Assembly (NCBI GenBank): GCA_964646355.1
Contig: CAZYEE010000002.1
Span: 1 to 45,909 of the forward strand
Origin: an uncultured archaeon
GTDB lineage: Archaea; Asgardarchaeota; Lokiarchaeia; Helarchaeales; HEL-GB-B
Direction: 5' to 3'
DNA length: 45,909 nt
The translations under genes and the position numbers were made by a program. Below, piece by piece: positions 43,283 through 45,909 of this stretch (its first letter is position 1; the number at the start of each line of letters is the position of its first letter). The notes under the pieces were generated by a model that saw nothing but the letters and a program-made list of their open reading frames with translations, did no database searches and was not told the origin of the DNA.

Positions 43283-44089
43283 ATGATAGAAATACCAGAT
43301 GATCACCCAAGGGCAGAATCCTTAAGAATAAGACATAAAGTTCAGAAGGGTTTTGAAGATAAGGTAGTGGCAACTGCAGGACTTTTTGCTCATGGAAGAG
43401 GAGAGGCTTTTGATTATATAATAGGTGAGAAAACTTGTCCGCCAGCTATTGAAGCAATTAAAGCGGCATTAGCCATGATCAAATTAGCAAAGCATCCTGT
43501 TTTTAGTATCAATGGAAATATAGCAGCATTAGCTCCAAAAGAAATTGTGGAATTTGCAAAAATGTCTGGAATGAAAATGGAAATTAACCTATTTTATAGA
43601 AGTGAAGAAAGGATACAAGCAATAAAAAAATATTTAGAGGAAGCCGGCGCTAATGAGATTTTGGGTACGGGCCCAGAATGGGCAACTATCCCTGAATTAT
43701 CTAGCCAGAGAAGATTGGTTGATCCAAATGGTATTTTAAAGGCAGATGTTGTGCTAGTTCCGCTTGAAGATGGTGATAGAACTGAAGCTCTGAGGAAAAT
43801 AGGAAAGATTGTAATTACAATAGATCTGAATCCTTTGAGTAGAACTGCTCAATGGTCAAATATAACGATCGTTGATAATTTTGTTAGAACTATAAAATTA
43901 TTTATAAAACTTTGGCCAGAAATTGAAAAATTGTCTGAAAGTAAATTAAAAGAAATAGTCAATTCGTTTGATAACAAATTGAATTTAAGCAAAATGATAG
44001 AATATTCTATTAATTATTTAAAAGATATAGCCAAACAAGGTATATATATTGAAGAGGTTTTAAATTTAGGGTATAAAATTAAAGTGTAG
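43283..44089 (+). CDS. Phosphopantothenate synthetase (4-phosphopantoate--beta-alanine ligase, archaeal)
   Basis: The N-terminal signature of the archaeal family is IPDDHPRAESLRIRHKV..G......GLFAHGRGEAFDYIIGEKT. 268 aa, in the conserved pairing with pantoate kinase. Confidence 0.8.
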   Translation: MIEIPDDHPRAESLRIRHKVQKGFEDKVVATAGLFAHGRGEAFDYIIGEKTCPPAIEAIKAALAMIKLAKHPVFSINGNIAALAPKEIVEFAKMSGMKMEINLFYRSEERIQAIKKYLEEAGANEILGTGPEWATIPELSSQRRLVDPNGILKADVVLVPLEDGDRTEALRKIGKIVITIDLNPLSRTAQWSNITIVDNFVRTIKLFIKLWPEIEKLSESKLKEIVNSFDNKLNLSKMIEYSINYLKDIAKQGIYIEEVLNLGYKIKV

Positions 44090-44096
44090 TGAGGAA

Positions 44097-45410
44097 ATGA
44101 GTGAAGATTTAAGTAGAAATATTAAGATACAAGTAGCACTTGATTTAATGAATTTGGATAGAGCAGTACAGATAGCAAAAGAAGCAATTGAAGGAGGAGT
44201 TGATTGGCTGGAAGCTGGTACCCCATTAATCAAGTCAGAAGGCATGAATGCTGTTAGGACTTTAAAGAAAAATTTTCCAGATAAAACGGTAGTCGCTGAT
44301 ATGAAAATAATGGATGTTGGTAGTCTAGAAGTAGAGATGGCTTCAAAAGCGGGCGCAGATGTTGTAATTATACTGGGAGTAAGTGATAACTCAACAATTC
44401 TTGAAGCAATCGAGGCCGGTAAAAAATATGGCTCCCAAATTATGGTGGATCTTATTAATGTTGATAACTACATTGAAAGAGCCGTTGCTCTTGAACAAAT
44501 GGGAATAGACATAATATGTATTCATGTGGGTATTGATCAACAAGTCAAGGGAATGAACCCAATTAATATAACAAGAGAGATAAGTGAAGTTGTATCTAAT
44601 GTAAAATTGGCTATAGCCGGTGGGCTTAATTCAGAAACAGCACCACTAGCCGTGGAAGCAGGGGCTGAAATAATAATCATAGGACATGCAATAACTGCTG
44701 CTGAAAGTCCTGCTGAAGCCGTAAGGACAATAAAAAAAGCAATACAAACAGGAAAACCAATAAAATCGAAACTTATGAAGAAATATGGAGAGGAAGAATT
44801 CCATAAAGTATTCTCATTAGTCTCGACACCAAATATTTCGGATGCTATGCATAGAAAGCCATGCTTGGAAGGAATTAGACCTGTCTGGAAAGGCGCGAAA
44901 CTTGTTGGAAGAGCAGTTACTGTTAGGTGTTATAATGGAGATTGGAGTAAACCTGTCGAGGCAATTGACATAGCACAAAAAGGCGATGTTATAGTCATTG
45001 ATGAGGGTGGTGGAGATATTGCAGTATGGGGAGAACTTGCCAGCTGGTCTTGTAAAATGAAAGGAATTAATGGCGTTGTAATAGATGGAGCAATAAGAGA
45101 TGTCGAAGATATTGAAGAAATGAAATTTCCCGCTTTCGCAAGATACATAAAATCTAATGCGGGTGAACCTAAAGGTTTTGGAGAAATAAATATTGAAATA
45201 GACTGTGGTGGACAAAAAATTAGACCAGGTGATTGGATAATAGGCGATGATAATGGGGTTGTAGTTATCCCAAAGGAAAAGGCTCAAGAAATGGCTAATA
45301 GAGCGATTATGGTGCATGAAAATGAAAATAGGATCCGTGAAGAAATAAAAAGAGGTAGTACATTATCAAAAGTTCTAAAATTAAAGAAATGGGAAAAAGT
45401 AATAGGGTAG
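44097..45410 (+). CDS. Fusion protein: 3-hexulose-6-phosphate synthase-like (OMPDC-fold) N-domain + RraA-family C-domain
   Basis: The N-half has IQVALDLMNLDRAV...GVDWLEAGTPLIK...VVADMKIMD...IHVGIDQQ. The C-half has ISDAMHRK...GRAVTV...GDVIVID.GG....WGELAS......NGVVIDGAIRD......FP.FAR...GEINIEI.CGG..I.PGDWIIGDDNGVVVIP. Confidence 0.85.
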   Translation: MSEDLSRNIKIQVALDLMNLDRAVQIAKEAIEGGVDWLEAGTPLIKSEGMNAVRTLKKNFPDKTVVADMKIMDVGSLEVEMASKAGADVVIILGVSDNSTILEAIEAGKKYGSQIMVDLINVDNYIERAVALEQMGIDIICIHVGIDQQVKGMNPINITREISEVVSNVKLAIAGGLNSETAPLAVEAGAEIIIIGHAITAAESPAEAVRTIKKAIQTGKPIKSKLMKKYGEEEFHKVFSLVSTPNISDAMHRKPCLEGIRPVWKGAKLVGRAVTVRCYNGDWSKPVEAIDIAQKGDVIVIDEGGGDIAVWGELASWSCKMKGINGVVIDGAIRDVEDIEEMKFPAFARYIKSNAGEPKGFGEINIEIDCGGQKIRPGDWIIGDDNGVVVIPKEKAQEMANRAIMVHENENRIREEIKRGSTLSKVLKLKKWEKVIG

Positions 45411-45420
45411 GTATATATAA

Positions 45421-45909
45421 TTGAAGATAGCTATTATGGGTGCTGGAGCTATAGGAAGTTTATTTGGTGGTTATTTACAAGAATCGGGTCAAGATGTAGT
45501 GTTAATTGGTAGGTCCTGGCATATAGACCCGATTATAAAAAACGGACTTATTCTTGTCCCTTTTGGCTCGGATAAAGAACTTAATATAAAAATTGAAGCG
45601 ACTACTGATCCCAATACTTGTGGGGCCCAGGATCTAGTCGTATTGACAGTAAAGGCATATGATACTAAAAAGGCATTAGAGGACGCCAGACCTTTAATTA
45701 AAGAAAATTATACAAGAATATTATGCCTTCAAAATGGTTATGGAACAGAAAATATTGCGGCTGATTTATATGGTAGAAAGCAGACACTTAGAGGTGTTAC
45801 CTCTCATGGGGCATTAATAAGTCCAGGCCGTGTGGTGCATACAGGCACTGGTGAAACATATATTGGAAGATTGGATAATTCAACAAAAGTTGAGGATATT
45901 ATTGAAATT
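45421..45909 (+). CDS. panE: 2-dehydropantoate 2-reductase (ketopantoate reductase), 5' partial; runs off the window end
   Basis: It is not in the ORF track because no stop falls in the window. My own translation from TTG 45421 gives MKIAIMGAGAIGSLFGGYLQESGQDVVLIGR...LTVKAYDT...CLQNGYG. This shows the Rossmann GxGxxG and KPR motifs. 163 codons are open to the last base. Confidence 0.8.
   Translation, partial: MKIAIMGAGAIGSLFGGYLQESGQDVVLIGRSWHIDPIIKNGLILVPFGSDKELNIKIEATTDPNTCGAQDLVVLTVKAYDTKKALEDARPLIKENYTRILCLQNGYGTENIAADLYGRKQTLRGVTSHGALISPGRVVHTGTGETYIGRLDNSTKVEDIIEI

Noticed and set aside
1-45909. Mobile elements, defence systems (CRISPR-Cas, R-M, toxin-antitoxin) or prophage content
   Set aside because: No transposase, integrase, Cas, methyltransferase/endonuclease pair or phage structural motif was recognised in any frame. 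The only PIN-like gene (11272..11748) is the stand-alone Mut7-C/DUF82 type without a partner antitoxin ORF.

Overview
This is an AT-rich archaeal chromosomal segment, well over 60% A+T by eye. It is densely coded on both strands, with about 45 credible protein genes and 2 tRNA genes. I found no rRNA, CRISPR array, transposase or integrase.

Housekeeping content:
- Molybdopterin genes moaA and moaE, plus a MoeB/ThiF-type E1 next to thiI.
- nadC, a dihydroorotase-like amidohydrolase, and an ECF transporter module (ecfA1, ecfA2, ecfT).
- Ribose-1,5-bisphosphate isomerase followed by form III RuBisCO.
- aRF1 and an smc-scpA-scpB operon.
- The archaeal CoA genes pantoate kinase, phosphopantothenate synthetase and ketopantoate reductase.
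- A GPN-loop GTPase and two DHH phosphoesterases.

The gene content suggests an Asgard (Loki-like) archaeon. The indicators are several Roadblock/longin-like proteins, an integrin-like FG-GAP giant protein and eukaryote-type ubiquitin-like machinery. This assignment is inference only.

The stand-out region is about 31.8-35.7 kb. It is a compact UFM1-pathway-like conjugation locus with a UBA5-like E1 and three divergent UFC1-like E2 paralogues, one of them fused to a Roadblock/LC7-like domain. It also holds a JAMM/MPN+ metalloprotease fused to a beta-grasp-like C-terminal segment. No free-standing modifier gene is visible. The locus is flanked by an AAA+ ATPase, winged-helix/beta-sandwich and longin-like proteins, and a 1300-aa double beta-propeller surface protein whose cytoplasmic tail is a TM + winged-helix module.

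The second notable item is a tRNA-Leu(CAA) gene split by three introns, each with a recognisable bulge-helix-bulge context. Human reference motifs quoted below are from memory and need confirmation by real alignment.
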